DNA from: Felis catus
Taxonomy: Eukaryota
Assembly: GCF_018350175.1 (NCBI RefSeq)
Contig: NC_058372.1
Span: 131,626,001 to 131,690,000 of the forward strand
DNA: 64,000 bases
Direction: 5' to 3'
Below are positions 12,020-25,345 of the stretch, piece after piece. A program made the translations under genes and the position numbers. The notes beneath the pieces were generated by a model, which worked only from the letters and a program-made list of their open reading frames with translations, ran no database searches and had not been told where the DNA came from. Position 1 is the first letter of the stretch. Every line of letters starts with the position of its first letter.

Positions 12020-13760
12020 TGTTTGTTCATTCACTTATTCAATCAGCCATTGTTTCAGCACTGAGCTTAAAAGCACATGGGTACTTGATGTGGCATCAGA
12101 TCATATTCAGGATAAAAAAAGATATAAGAGGCAGGCACTGATTGTACCAGTCTTACAATATAGTCAGGAAGACACCCAAAAATATAACTAAATATATGGG
12201 GCTAGGTGCCACAATACCACAATACAATAATTTGAGTGTCAGAGAAGAAAGAGATTAGGTTCAGCTAAGGGAGCAGTAACTGTGGAGGGATGGGACAAAA
12301 TTTCTTAATAAAAGTGACCTTTGAATTTGACCCGAAAGGATGTTTTTCAACATAAAGTGAAACTTCACAGACGTGAATGGACTTTCAGGCTACACCATGG
12401 AATCTGGTATGAGTGAGTTACATGGAGAGGTGTAGTGGTGGGTGAATTTGTAATGCAGAAAGAGGACAGACTGTAGATAATGGTCAATGTTCTAAGAAGA
12501 AGCTCAGGTATTTGTTATATAAACTGCAAAGTGCATTAAAGATTTTTGTGATCTTTTATGGTCATGTGTAAGCTTCATGGGAAGAGACTGACTATCGAAA
12601 GGGTAGTTAATAGAGTGCTACAATAATCCAAATGACAGGTTAAAAAGGAAAGTTATAAAATAGAGCAGTGGAGTGAAAGTCAAACCTCAGGTACGGATAG
12701 GAAAAAGTTTTCTGAGCTTGATTCATTAGAGTTGGGTTATTGGTTTGGAAAGAGGAAGGAAAAAATAAAAACTAGACTACAACTCTCATGATTTGAGCCT
12801 GTGTGACTAGAAAAATGCAGCTACCATGATGGTGGAATACAGATGTAGAACTGGGGAGATGTGAATGAATTGAGTTTCAAACTTATCAATTGAAAATGCA
12901 GTGAAGGCATCCAAATAGAGTCAGCCATGAGTTGTTTAGAAATTTAAGTCAGGAACTCAAGAGAAAGTCTGAGTCAGAGCTCTAGATTTGAAGTGGCCAA
13001 AAGAGTGACTATGACATAAGAAAAGAAGAAAGTAGGAGGAAGAACTTTAGGGGACACTTGCACTTGAGAGAGAAGATAATTGAAGAAAACCTGAAGGCAA
13101 CATAAACAAAAGGCAATAAACAAAAGAATGGTGGGAAGCAGGAGGACTGCAGTATCCTGGAAACCGAGGAGGAGACTGTGTCTTAGCTCAGGTTGCCATA
13201 GTAAAATCCCACAGACTGGGTGCTTAAACAACAGACATTTATTTTCTCACAGTTCTGGAGGCCAGAATTCCAAGATCAGAATGCCAGCATGGTTGATTTC
13301 TGGTGAGATCTCTCATCTTGGGTTGCAGATGGCTGCCTTCTAGCTGTGTGCCCACATAACTTCTTCTCTGTGCAAGCATGGAGAGAGGGAGAGAGAGGGG
13401 AGAGAGAGGAAGAGAGACCTATCTGGTCTCACTTCTTATAAGAGCACCAGTCCCAGAGGAGGACCCCACTCTTAGAACTTCATGTAACCCTAATTACCTC
13501 CCCAAAGCACCATCTTCTAATGACATCACATGGGGACTTGAACTTACAAACTTGGGAACAACATTCAGTGCACAACAGACTGTTTCAAGAAGACTGAGCT
13601 TGGGATCCTTGGGATCCCCAAGGATGGAGACTCTATGGTTATCCTTGAGTAGCTTCAGTGATATGGGTAGAATTGCTGTTGCAATAAGTTGAGTTTGGGC
13701 ATTAAAGGAATTTAAAATTCTAGCTAATATTTAAGGAGGCTAAGAGTGACATAATAAAAA
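12020..13760 (-). mobile_element. L2 element interrupted by an MLT1 LTR
   Basis: ttcattcacttattcaat start and aaagtgacctttgaatttgacccgaaagga are typical of reversed L2; boundaries approximate. Confidence 0.6.
13179..13577 (-). mobile_element. MaLR solo LTR (MLT1-type)
   Basis: TG...CA termini (tgtcttagc...cacaaca); diagnostic cacagactgggtgcttaaacaacagacatttattttctcacagttctggaggc; perfect 5-bp TSD GACTG. Confidence 0.9.
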
Positions 13761-16091
13761 AGAAATTTAAGCTTGTTCGTAGTATCTAAGAAAGGAGCCA
13801 ACAGAGAAAGAAAATGGAAGATATAACAGAGAGATCATGTGGTTCATGCTAAGCCACCTGACCCAGAACTGTGCCATTACAATACAGCCCTTTGTCATCT
13901 ATTGACAGCTCTGTGACCAATGAAGCATCAACTCTGAAGAACATGTGGATTGCAGTTGATGCTAGTTCTCACTTAGCTACATGTTATGTTGCTTGATACT
14001 AAAAAGAAAGATGAGAAACATCAGGCTGTGAACTTATAGGACTTTTAATTAAAATCCAAAGATATAACCCTTATTACTGATTTTATCAGACTTCTGGACT
14101 TAAAATATTGAGTGTAGGACTTGAGGAGGGACGTACAAAGGAAAGTCTGGAAAGTAACGTGTACTTTCGTGTAACTACTGGAGGAGGTAGAGGATTCGCA
14201 GCTCATAAGTAGAAGTCGTTTGGAGAAGGACGAAGGTTGTTGTGTATCCAGACTCAGCTGGAGCTGAAACAGGTCCCTTTATTCAGCTGTGATTGAAAGG
14301 AGCTAGAAATCCTTGGATCTCTCCCTGACAGCCAGTCATAGTGCCTGAGCCTGCCAGCATGAGCACATTTTGTTTGGGGTAAAGACTTATGCTCTTAAAA
14401 AGTAAGCCAAAATGTCATCACTTCTTGAAAGAAGTCACCTGGAAGCACACTAGCCATACTTTAGAATGGAAGTAGGTAAGTCAGCATGTCACATGTGGAG
14501 AAGTTGTGCCGCTGTGAGGGACCACCTGCAGAAATCACAGGCTTAAGTGTGGGGAGGGGTACACGACAAGACAAAGGGTGGATGGACACAACTTGTCCCC
14601 CTTGAGGTGCAGCAAAATTACGGTCACCGCTGTTTTCTTGTTTGTTCTCTCTTGTTAATAATATACTTATTTTTCAAATAATACAAAAATCGCTACTTTT
14701 ACTACTCATATTTTATGTTTTCAAGTTCTATACTGAGACCATAAAGTGCAGACTATCTGACAGCTTCAAAGAGGACATAATTCCTTTTGAATATAGATCA
14801 CCATTTATATTTCTTTCACATTCAAATTAACTTGCATGACTGACACATATTCAAGTTCCCAAACTTATTATTTTATCCTCATATGTAAACAGTATGTAGT
14901 TTCTAAACTGAATTCAGAATATTCTATGTGAATATACATAATGGCCCAAGAGAGGTCCATATAAGACAATTGTGCAAAGAAACTAAGGCAGGGAAAGCTC
15001 AGGGCCACTTTTATAAGAGAAAGAGATGGAACTAAAAGCATTGTTTTTTGGATACAATCATTTATTTTCATCATTCTAATAGCTGTTTATGTCTAGCTGT
15101 TTACATACCTCAACAATGTACGTATTCATTCATGCACTCAATCAAATGAATAAGGCATGTAGACTGCCCTCAAGAAGTTCATGGTTTATTGGTATAACAT
15201 GCCATTATAATAAAATTAGGTAAGGGGAATAATAGGAATGGTGATTCAGGTGGATGGGTAAATTTAGAGTCAGAAGTTTTATCGAGTGTAGGTCTGTTTT
15301 TTGTTTGTTTGTTTGTTTGTTTGCAAGGCCCCACTCTATATAACAGTCACCCGTTAACTGGAAGAGATTACCAGAAGACATACTGGAGACCCACAGGCTA
15401 AACCTGACCATGGGTGTTCTCAGATCATTAGAGATCAGATTATTTCAGAACAGAGCATAAAGGCTCATTAATTAGAACCCTTGAGCTGCAAGTTATAGAA
15501 GCCAGCTTAAGCTAGCCTAAGCAAATTTATTTTCCATTTATATAAAATAAATAGGAAAATTGGTGCAAAGAGCATGGTACAGTACCTAGCATATAGCAAA
15601 ATCTCAATAGCTGTTAGCTAGTGACATTGGAATTATGGAGGCAGGGGAGGACGTATGGGAGTTTAACATAAAACTCTGAATTACACTATCATGTAAAGAG
15701 AGTTCTGAAAACTGGCTGCATGCATCATCAGTATCATCAGCTCATGATATCTATGCTGTGTAGTATGGAGGAGCGTGTATCTGCTGAAAGTGGAGACATG
15801 CAAGTGTTACTCAGTGTGAGATGTGTGTGGGAAAAGACATCCCGTTTGACATGGCTTGGCAACCTGTCCATGCTTGGCCACAGCTAAAGAAAGATGAGGT
15901 CATTTGCATTCCATCTGTGAGTGTCCAATGTAATGTGTTACCTACTCGAAAGTGAAGCAGATCATGTAAGCAACATGTTTGTAAAGCTAGTTCAAGAGCA
16001 AAACATTAACAGCTTGCAGAATGAAGAACAGAACAAGAAAGTACCAGTGGATTTGTAAGCTTCAGATCATGAGAACAGAGGCTTAGACTCC

Positions 16092-16540
16092 TTAATTAGA
16101 ACTCTCTGGCTGCAAGTTACAGAAGCCAACTGAAGCTAGCCTAAGCAAGAGCTGGGCTATTTAACAGAAAGAATGTAAGGAATACTTTCGGTATCTCATG
16201 GTAACAAGATTTATAATGCTTCTGGGTCACATAGGGGATTTGGCTCCTGAGGAGAAAGGTCTCAGCCTCACCTCTTGTCTCCCTGCCTGCCCCCTTCCTT
16301 TTCTCCTCGTAGATATGCTTTTTCCACATCGTGGGTCCTCATGGTCAGTCCAAGGACAACCATCCCAGTGCTCCTGAGTTGCTGTGTTAGAGATTCAGCT
16401 ACCCAAAGAGACTACTTCAGTTCTCTCTACCTATGTGGCTTACATAACACAGAAACTGATTGGCTATGTCTGGTTCATGTGTCTATCTCAGCTTAAGGAA
16501 GTAAGGACAGTGTGTCGAGTCACAGGGTATAAAACCGTCT
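16092..16540 (-). mobile_element. Old MaLR LTR (MLT1J/K/L-like)
   Basis: Starts ttaattagaactctctggctgcaagttacagaagccaactgaagctagcctaagcaa, similar to the reversed old-MLT1 terminus. Confidence 0.5.
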
Positions 16541-18289
16541 TCCAAAGGCGCTTCATTCCTGTCCCCCATGGGCAGGATCAGGGAGACAGTTTGCAAAAAG
16601 GGGGTACGATTGTGAGAAGTGTCTATACCAGAGTAATCCCATCTCCATCTCAAACCCTATCCTTTCTTCCTTGACCTCTGAATAAGTAATTTCTAAGTGC
16701 CAGGATTTTATATTTAAAAATGTTGACCAAAAGACAAAACCTATACGTGGCTAGCCAGCCAGACAAAAAATCCATCACCTATCTATGCAAAATGTGAGTG
16801 ATTCTTTCAAATTTCAGTAGGTATGCCAATGGAAGGGAAAGAAAATGCCATAGCTCTGACACAGCATTTATTATAAAGGTATGCAGTATAGAATCAATAA
16901 ATTTAAAAAATAAACCTGTATTTACTACTTTTATAAAGGATCTTGGCTATAAAATGCTTCTCAGTTGCTTGAAAATGAACAAAGAGGAGGGGAAAGATGT
17001 TCTGTTTTGTTAAAGGAAAATACATGATTAGGACATTGTCTTGTGAATGAATTAAAATACACCATAAATTACAGGCCAACAATAAAATATTATTTATTAT
17101 TAACACTGGTTAATAGAATATAAAGAGAAAATAAGCATATATTTTAATCAAGTTAATCCAAATATATGATTATAATTTGATTTTGTTTCAAAAGGGTAAA
17201 GGAAACCTATAATTTAAGGCAACTTAACAATACCTTCTATACAGATTTTCTTCAAGATAAACAAGGGGTCCACTGCTAACAAAATTAGGCCAAGTCCCTA
17301 GTGATGCTGCTAAATATATTGAAAAACGACCACTTGAAAGAAATCAATAAGAAATATTTTCCTTTCTGTGATTTTCCAGCTATAAAAATATATAGTGTTA
17401 CTTTGCTTCTAGTAAATTTTCTCAAACACTGTGGGAATTAGTGTCATTTTCCACTTTGCACTGCTTATGTTACTTGGCTTAGATGGGTTTGGGATGGGGA
17501 GCGGGAAGGTGTTAACAAAGGAAAACAAATAAAGACATACATGATCACAGTAAAATAGAAGGAAGTATGACCATGGAGCAGGAGTGGCAGTGAGGAAGCA
17601 GAAGGGATGGATCTGTGTCACCAGCCAGCTCTGCGACTTTAGCCATCGATTCTGTCAGTGCCTTGTTGCAAGCCTTAGTACTTCAAGCCATTTTAGTAAA
17701 GTTTTCATAATTCAGGCCTTGGTTTAAAATATATGGACTACTTTAGACACTGTGGACAATTTACTGGTGAAGAAATATTGAATGGTCTGTGGCCCCACAG
17801 AATTTCGAGTGGAGTGGAGGGCACCAGAAAGAACCCTCACAATGACAATGTGGCAGAGTAAAGTCCTAAGACAGAGGAAGGACAGCATGTTCAGGAAGCG
17901 TAATAGAAGGGGCCTCTGGTGTAGACCATGGAGTCAGGGGTGGGGATCTAAGATAGCTGAGAATAACAGCTGCCTAGACCATTAGCTAATCCATTAGCTA
18001 GGCCTAGCAGTGGGTTAAGGTGGGGGAAGGTACAGGGAAAGTGTTTAAAGCAGGAATCCCTATGTGAGAAGATAGAGAGGCAAGAGACACCACATCATAT
18101 AGCGGTGTGGACGGGGGCAGTTTCAATAGGGCTGACAGTAATTTCTTACACACAAAAAATGTTTGTTTAGCTCTGAATGGTTAAAAGCCAAAAGTTACTC
18201 CAGGGCTGATCCTAGCATGAAATCACTTTTGCTCTAGTGGTTAGATTGGTTTCAAGGCCTGACACATACCTTTTATGTTTGGGAAGAGA

Positions 18290-18588
18290 ATCACTGCTGA
18301 CTCATTCACTCAACCAATTTTCAAGTGTCCCGTGTATGGGGGACACTGGTACAGTGCAGGGAATATAACAGTGAACAGAACAGATCCTGCCCCTGCCTTT
18401 GTGGAAGTGAAAATCTAGGCAGGAAACCAGACATCGAATGAGTAATGACAAGTGTAGTGAGTGTTGGGGCGTCTGGGTGGCTCCGCCAGTTAAGCTTCCA
18501 ACTCTTGATTTCAGCTGAGGTCATGATCTCACTGTTGTGACATACAGCCCCACATCACTATCTGCCAAGCAAGTGGAGCCTGCTTAAG

Positions 18589-18643
<55 letters not shown>

Positions 18644-19250
18644 GCCCCTCCCCCCTCACACTCTCTCTCAAAAACAAACTAACAGAAAAACAAACCAAGT
18701 GTAGTGAATGTTTATAAGAATAAATACAAGGTGTTACGGGGTGTTATTACGGAGATATAACTGGTCCCAGTGCATGGAGGCTGGACATGTTCCAGGAAGA
18801 AGTATTATTTAAATAAGACTTCTGAAGGAGAAAAGGGGTTAGCTAGGGATGGAGGGAGGCTAATAGGGTAGAGCAGTCAAGCAGTCAGAATGTAAAGGCT
18901 CTGAGTAGGAAAAATACTTGTGGCTGAAGGAAGTGAAGCAATCGAATAATCAGCTATGACCAAATCAGGGTCTAGTTAGAGGCCTTAGGAACTAGGATCT
19001 CACCCTCTGAACCATGGAAATGCTCTAAGGTCATAAAGCAGGACTGCACTGTCACCGATTAGATGTGTGTTGTAGAGCCAACACTCCATCCTCAGCATGG
19101 AGATTGCACTGGGGAGCAAGATTCGAGACTCTGGACTCTGGGATGAGGCTATTGCAGGGTCCAGGTGGAAGATTACAGTGGCCTGACCTAGGGCTTGGAC
19201 AGTTGGTGGCAAAAAGAGAGATTGCAGAGAAAAATGAAGACATAAAATAT
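18290..19250 (-). mobile_element. L2 fragment with an inserted SINE
   Basis: cattcactcaaccaattt...cagtgaacagaacagatcctgcccctgcc reversed L2 3' end. Confidence 0.6.
18466..18695 (+). mobile_element. Older Can-SINE with a long (TC)n tract
   Basis: 17-bp TSD caagtgtagtga(g/a)tgtt at 18449-18465 and 18696-18712. Confidence 0.9.
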
Positions 19251-19924
19251 AAGTAAAAGTAACATTGCTCACAAAATCCCATTTAAGACATATAGAAGAA
19301 GCAGAAATATGCAGTTACCTCACGGTTGTTTAGGTCCAAAGCCTATACAATTTGAACTTTTACCAGACTAAATGTATTAACCAATCTATAACATAATTGA
19401 TCTATACAAGTATGGGTGGATCAGACACAAAGGCAGAGAAAAGCAGTCACTGAAACAAACCTTACAAATGACCATAGACCATTATGATATGGAGGTAGGG
19501 GAAGGGGCTGATGACCCATGGGCTTTTTGAAAATTTAAGTTCAAATTGTAAGATGTTCCTTAGAATTAACAGGGTAAAACAAGCTATCTTAGCCTAATGC
19601 CATCAAATGTTTAATTATTAAATCATGTAATGTCTATTATATCCGTTCTCAGGCTTTCTGATCCAGAAATTCATAGCTCATGTTATTTACTACATATATA
19701 TATTTCCTTTATTCCACGAGAAGAATCCTAGTTTCCAAGGAAACAGGAGATGATAGAATTAAAATATCTCAGAAGTATATATTTATGTTATTCCACAATA
19801 GCCATACACGTGTCTTAGAATAACTACTAATACAATAACAATCAATTAATTTCTCAAAAAGAGGTCCATACAGTAGTTTGCATCTGATCTTTCCATCCCT
19901 CTTATTTAAAATAGTTTTAGTGTA

Positions 19925-20140
19925 GGGGCACCTGGGCAGCTCAGTTGGTTAAGCATCCAACTTTGGCTCAGGTCATGATCTCACAGTTGTGAGTTCGAGC
20001 CTTGCGTCTGGCTCTGTGCTGACAGCTCAGAGCCTGGAGCCTGCTTTGGATTCTTTGTCTCCCTTTCTCAGTCTGCGTCTCCCACACTCATGCTCTGTCT
20101 CTCTGTCTCTCAAGAATGAATAAATGTTAAAAAAAATGTT
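19925..20140 (+). mobile_element. Felid Can-SINE
   Basis: Canonical head, body and A-tail; TSD aaatagtttta(g/c)tgta. Confidence 0.92.
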
Positions 20141-22488
20141 AAATAGTTTTACTGTAGCTATATTATATGAGTATGTAGACATTACCTACTATACTTTCTC
20201 CCTTTTAACCCTCATTTATTCGTAATTCTACAATCAAGGATGCGTTTACTACTTACCTCCAGTCTTTATGATGATGTCCTAGTTATTTTGGTAGTCCAAA
20301 GCCCATACGCTTAGCCCAGAGTAGATTTTTCAGGGATTTGCTCATGAGAACAATAGTCACTTAGTTTTTGCTTGTTGAAAACAGTTCATCTACAACCTTT
20401 ATATCAGATGCTAGTTTTGCTGGCTATGAAATTTAGAAAGCACGTTTTGTTTTCCTAAAGTAACTTCAATATGTCATTCTAGTTACATTTAATATAAAGC
20501 TTTGCTGCCCCAAATTCTGATGATAATCTATTTTCCCTTATAAAACACTTGCTGTTTTTTCCCTAGACATCCAAAATAAATGTTTTTTCCATTTCCTATA
20601 AAGTCTGGTTATTTTACTAGAATGTGTCTTCATATTGGTTTTCTTGGGTCAACATTCTCAAGTACACAATATTCTCTTTCAATGTGTAGTTATAAATCTT
20701 TTAAAATTTCAGTAAAATTTTCTTGAGCTATATATGTGTAGTCTTCAGTATTCATTTCCTTGCTTTGTTTTTTTCTTCAAGCATTTCTAATATGTATATA
20801 TTAAATCTTCTTTGGCTAACTTTGATATTTACATTTTCTCGCTAATCCTTTTTATTCTTTCATTTCATATTCTTTTTATTGAAGCACAGTTACATAATTA
20901 TATCGATATGCATATATTTTAATGGAAGTTTGATGCAAGTTATAAAGTTGTGTGTTATACCCCTGTAACCCACATGCAATCAAGATATAGAGCATTATCT
21001 TCACCCTAGAAATTTTCCTCATTCTTTTCTAATCGGTCCCACTTCCCATCCAGAGGCAACCACACTACCGTGATTTATTAGCCTTTTCTTATTCTTGAAT
21101 TTCATAAAAATGAAATAATACAGTAGATTTTCTTTTATGTCTCCATTATTTCATACAGCATGAGATTTGTTGATGTTCTTGCATGTATCAACAGTTTATT
21201 CCCTTTAATTGGTGAGGATTGTGACATTGTATGAATATACTAAAATTTGTTTGATCAATCTAATGTGCTAATGTGCATTTAGGTTGTTTCCAACTCTCAC
21301 TATTACAAGTAAAGCTACATTCAACGTACATATACTAGTTTTATGAACAAATATTTTCATTTTTTGGAGGTATGTGTCTAGAAGTGGAAATGCTGGATGA
21401 TAAGGCAGGTATATATTTAATTTATAAGAAACTACCAAAGAGATTTCCACAGTGATTTTTCCATTTTACACTCCTACTAAGAAAATAGGAGATCCATTTG
21501 GTGTTGATAATCTTTTACATTTTAGTCATTCTAATGGGTTTGTAGTAGTACTTAATTATGGTTTCAATTTGTATTTTCCTGATGACTTATGATCTTAGAA
21601 TTCTTTTCATGTATATTTTGGGTCATTTATATGCTCTTTTGTATGAAATATTTATCCAAATTATTGCCTATTTTTTACTGGGTCATTTGTATTTTATTAC
21701 TGATTTGTAACTTCTTTTTATAATCTGGATCTAAGTTTTTATTGGACATACATATTGTAGTAATTTTTCTTAATTTGTGACTTACTTTTCATTTTCTTAG
21801 TGGTGTCTTTCAATATGTGGAAGTTTTTAATTTCGATGAAGTTCAATTTACCATTTCTTTTATGGTTAGTGCTTTTGTGTTCAGTTTAGAAAATCTGCCT
21901 ACCGTACGTCCTCCATTTTCTTCTAGGATGTTTATAGTTTTGACTTTTATACTTAGAACTATGATACTTTTTAATGTATGGTGTAAGGATCAAGGCTCTG
22001 TTTGTTTTCTCTTTCTAAATAGAGATCCAACTTTCCCAGCTTAATTTTTGAAAAGTCTTTACTTCCCTCACTGACATTGGTGCTTTTATCAAAATTCAAC
22101 TGAACACTCATGGACCCTCTATTCTGTTCTATTGATATATTTGTGTATCTTTATGAAAATACCACACTGTCTTCTATTCCTGAATCTTATATTGTCTTAA
22201 AATCAAAGAGTGTAACTCCCCCAGCTTTATTATTGTGTTGGCAATTCTGGGTTTAGTGTATCATTGCCATTACTAAAAATGTCATCATTGTGTATGACAT
22301 TACTTCTTGGGTCCTCATAGATTTCCTTTATCAGGATGAGGATATTCCTTTATGCTCTCAGTTTGCTGAGAGATTTATCATAGATGGGCATCAAATTTTG
22401 TCAAAATCTTTTTCTGCATCAGTTGAAATATCATGTTCTTTTTTTATTTTACTCTGTTAACATGGGGAAATATATTGAATTATTATTA

Positions 22489-22712
22489 AATATGTTTTTA
22501 AATTATTTTAGTGTTTATTTATTTTTGACAGAAAGAGAGACAGAGCATGAGCAGGGGAAGGGCAGAGAGAGAGGGAGACACAGAATCCAAAGTAGGCTCC
22601 AGGCTCTGAGCTGTCAGCACAGAGCCCAACGTGGGGCTTGAACTCACAGACCGCAAGATCATGACCTGAGCCGAAGTCAGAGGCTCAACCGACTGAGCCA
22701 CCCAGGCGCCCC
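22489..22712 (-). mobile_element. Felid Can-SINE
   Basis: Perfect 13-bp TSD tgaattattatta. Confidence 0.93.
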
Positions 22713-23742
22713 TGAATTATTATTAGATATTAATCCATTCTTGAATTTCCTGATATGTTCTCCTCTGTATTGTCGGGTTGAAATAGAGTCTACTTTGTCT
22801 GACATTGGTGCGGCTAACCGCTTTTATTTTTGTTAGTGTTTGCATGTTATATCTTTTCCATCCTTTGCTTTTCGGCTTTTTTTGCATGCTTATGTTTAAA
22901 GAGTGTCTCTCCTAAGGTACTCATAGTTAGATTTAGATTTTGTTTCTTAGTTAGTCTGATAATACTTACCTTTGAATTAGAATATTTAGTTCATTTACAC
23001 TTGATCTCATTGCTGACGTAGTCATATTTATATCCTCTCTTTAACTATTTTCTACTTGTCTCAGTGGAATGATTACTTCCATTTATGTTTTCTCTCCTAT
23101 TGTTTTTCTCTTCATTCGTGCCTTCTTTGGGTTAATATAGCATTTTACTATTCAATTTTCCCATGTATTAATTTGTTAGCTTAACATTCTTTTATTATTC
23201 TTTTTATGGTTACTCTAGAGATTATAAAAAGTATTTCCCAACTTTTATAATCTCAAATAAATTCGGAGTTTTATCACTTTCCAAACAAAGCAAGGATCGT
23301 AAAACACTTTAATTGCGTTTACTTGGCGTCAATTTCTGTGTTTTTGTTGTGCATTTTAATTCTGCACATATGTTAAATCTTATTTTACGTTGCTATTATT
23401 ATTTTGCACAGTCAATACTTACTTACATACTCCTGATATGTAAATCCTCCAGTGATGGACTGAGATGACTTGAGCGTGTGTTGTAGTTTTACAAAGTTTT
23501 TCGGCTTCACCTGGTGCATCCTGTTACTAGGGTACAGCTATCCAGGGGTCCTGTGAGTCCCCGCTGTCTCCTTGGGTTCAACATTTTTTAAATGCCTTTA
23601 ATTTCAATTTTGATTCCTCAGGGCTGTGAGACCTCCAAAAGCTTCATTCTGATTTCCCACAGTTTTCTACTTAACTTTGTGTCCTGTGCTTTGTGCAGTC
23701 TGAAATTTGCACATTTTTCATCAGGGAATCTACTAAGTGTTA

Positions 23743-23743
23743 G

Positions 23744-23785
<42 letters not shown>
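23743..23785. repeat. (TC)n microsatellite
   Basis: Direct reading. Confidence 0.95.
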
Positions 23786-23790
<5 letters not shown>

Positions 23791-25129
23791 CTCTGTGTTT
23801 GTTTGTTTGTTTTGCCTCTCTCCAGAATCTTGGCTCCTCAAGTCCTTGCTGACTTGGAAGACTTGAAATCAATTTTTGTGTCTATAGCCCTACGCATTTA
23901 TAAAGTTTTTCCTGTTTTGTTACCTCTTAGTTAAGACCCTCTGCCTGGATTTTCAGTCTGTTCTCATGAACCAAAAATCATCAAATGTTCCAAGGGCAAA
24001 ATTGCTTGAAGGTTATCTGCTTACCTCTCTGAAGTTCTCTTCTTTCTGACTTATTGGTACCTTGGATTCTGGTTGCCATGACAGTATTCAATGTCTTTAA
24101 ATGGTTTTTAAAAAATATTGTATCAGTTTTTTGTTAATTGATCTCAGTGGGAGACTTGGTTTAGTCCAAGGTATCACATCCTACCCTGAAGCAGATGTCC
24201 TCTTATACCAATTTTAGTATCTCCCCCTCTCCTTTTTCAGTAAGCTCTGATATCACTATGGTTACTTTTAGGGCCATGGTGTCTATACATTGAATACTAA
24301 GAAAGAAACTCTATGATAATTGACTATTCAGTTCTTTTTCAGGTTTGATGGATGGTGACAGGAAGATATTAATGCCTCTACTGAAAGAGAAATGATAGCA
24401 TAAAATAAACTGTAGTAGAAACATGTATCTAATATTGATGTTAGTGCCATAGCCAAGAATATGAGAAGTTTTACAGAATTCTAGACTTTTTGTTATCATT
24501 CCAACTTCAGTTTTAAGCTTTTTACCAAAGTAATTATTTCTTTTTTTTTTCTTTTTTTTTCAATGTTTTATATTTTTTCAAGGAATAGGAAAAGAGTTGA
24601 TTTACATTTCTGGTCTCTTTAGCAAATCACATATATAACAAGGATTCATCATTTTTAATTGACCAAAATTAAAAATAAATTTGAAATTATGATTACTAAT
24701 GAATCATAATTTATGATAAGTTATCAGCTATTTTCTGTTTTCCAAACACCTGCATTAGTTTGCCATGATCACTGTTTGTATGCCATGTATAACACGTTAG
24801 GCAAACATGATTTTTGTGTAATTTAATTAGATATTTGTCAAATGCTGAAGAAACAAGAAGCATAAGACATGACTCATGCTCAAATTGGAGATAACATATG
24901 TAAATGTACAAAACATACAAAACCTTTATGAATGCCATAATTTAAGTCAATTTAGACAACTGTGACCCCATCTGTATTTATAGAGATACACAAAATTAAT
25001 GGCTTTTATCAATACAGAATAGAATTAGCTTCATAAGAAGAGTCTTTAGTTGAATGAGTATTAGTTCTGACAGAAATTTGAGATAATCTAGTAGAAATTT
25101 TCAAATTTTTAAAATTTATACCCCTTTTT

Positions 25130-25345
25130 TCATTAAGGTATTATTGAGATATAACTTTGTATTAATTTCAATGTACAATATAATCATTCGATATTTGTAT
25201 ATTTTGTGAAATGATCACCACAGTAAGTTTAGTTAATATCTGTCAGTATACAAAGTTACAAAAGTTTTTTATTTCTTTTGTTATGAGATAGGAACTCTTA
25301 AGATTTATTCTCTTATCAACTTTCAAATATGCATTACCATATTAT
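25130..25345 (-). mobile_element. L1 3'-end fragment (L1MA9/carnivore-type)
   Basis: gaaatgatcaccacagtaagtttagttaatatc...actcttaagatttattctcttatcaactttcaaatat. Confidence 0.7.

Larger units (their letters stand above)
20870..24200 (-). mobile_element. Old L1M fragments (L1MB/MC/ME-like 3' end and upstream pieces), interrupted by a SINE
   Basis: Reversed L1 3'-end motifs (caatcaagatatagagcattatcttcacccta; ttgtttccaactctcactattacaagtaaagctac); very T-rich; boundaries approximate. Confidence 0.7.
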
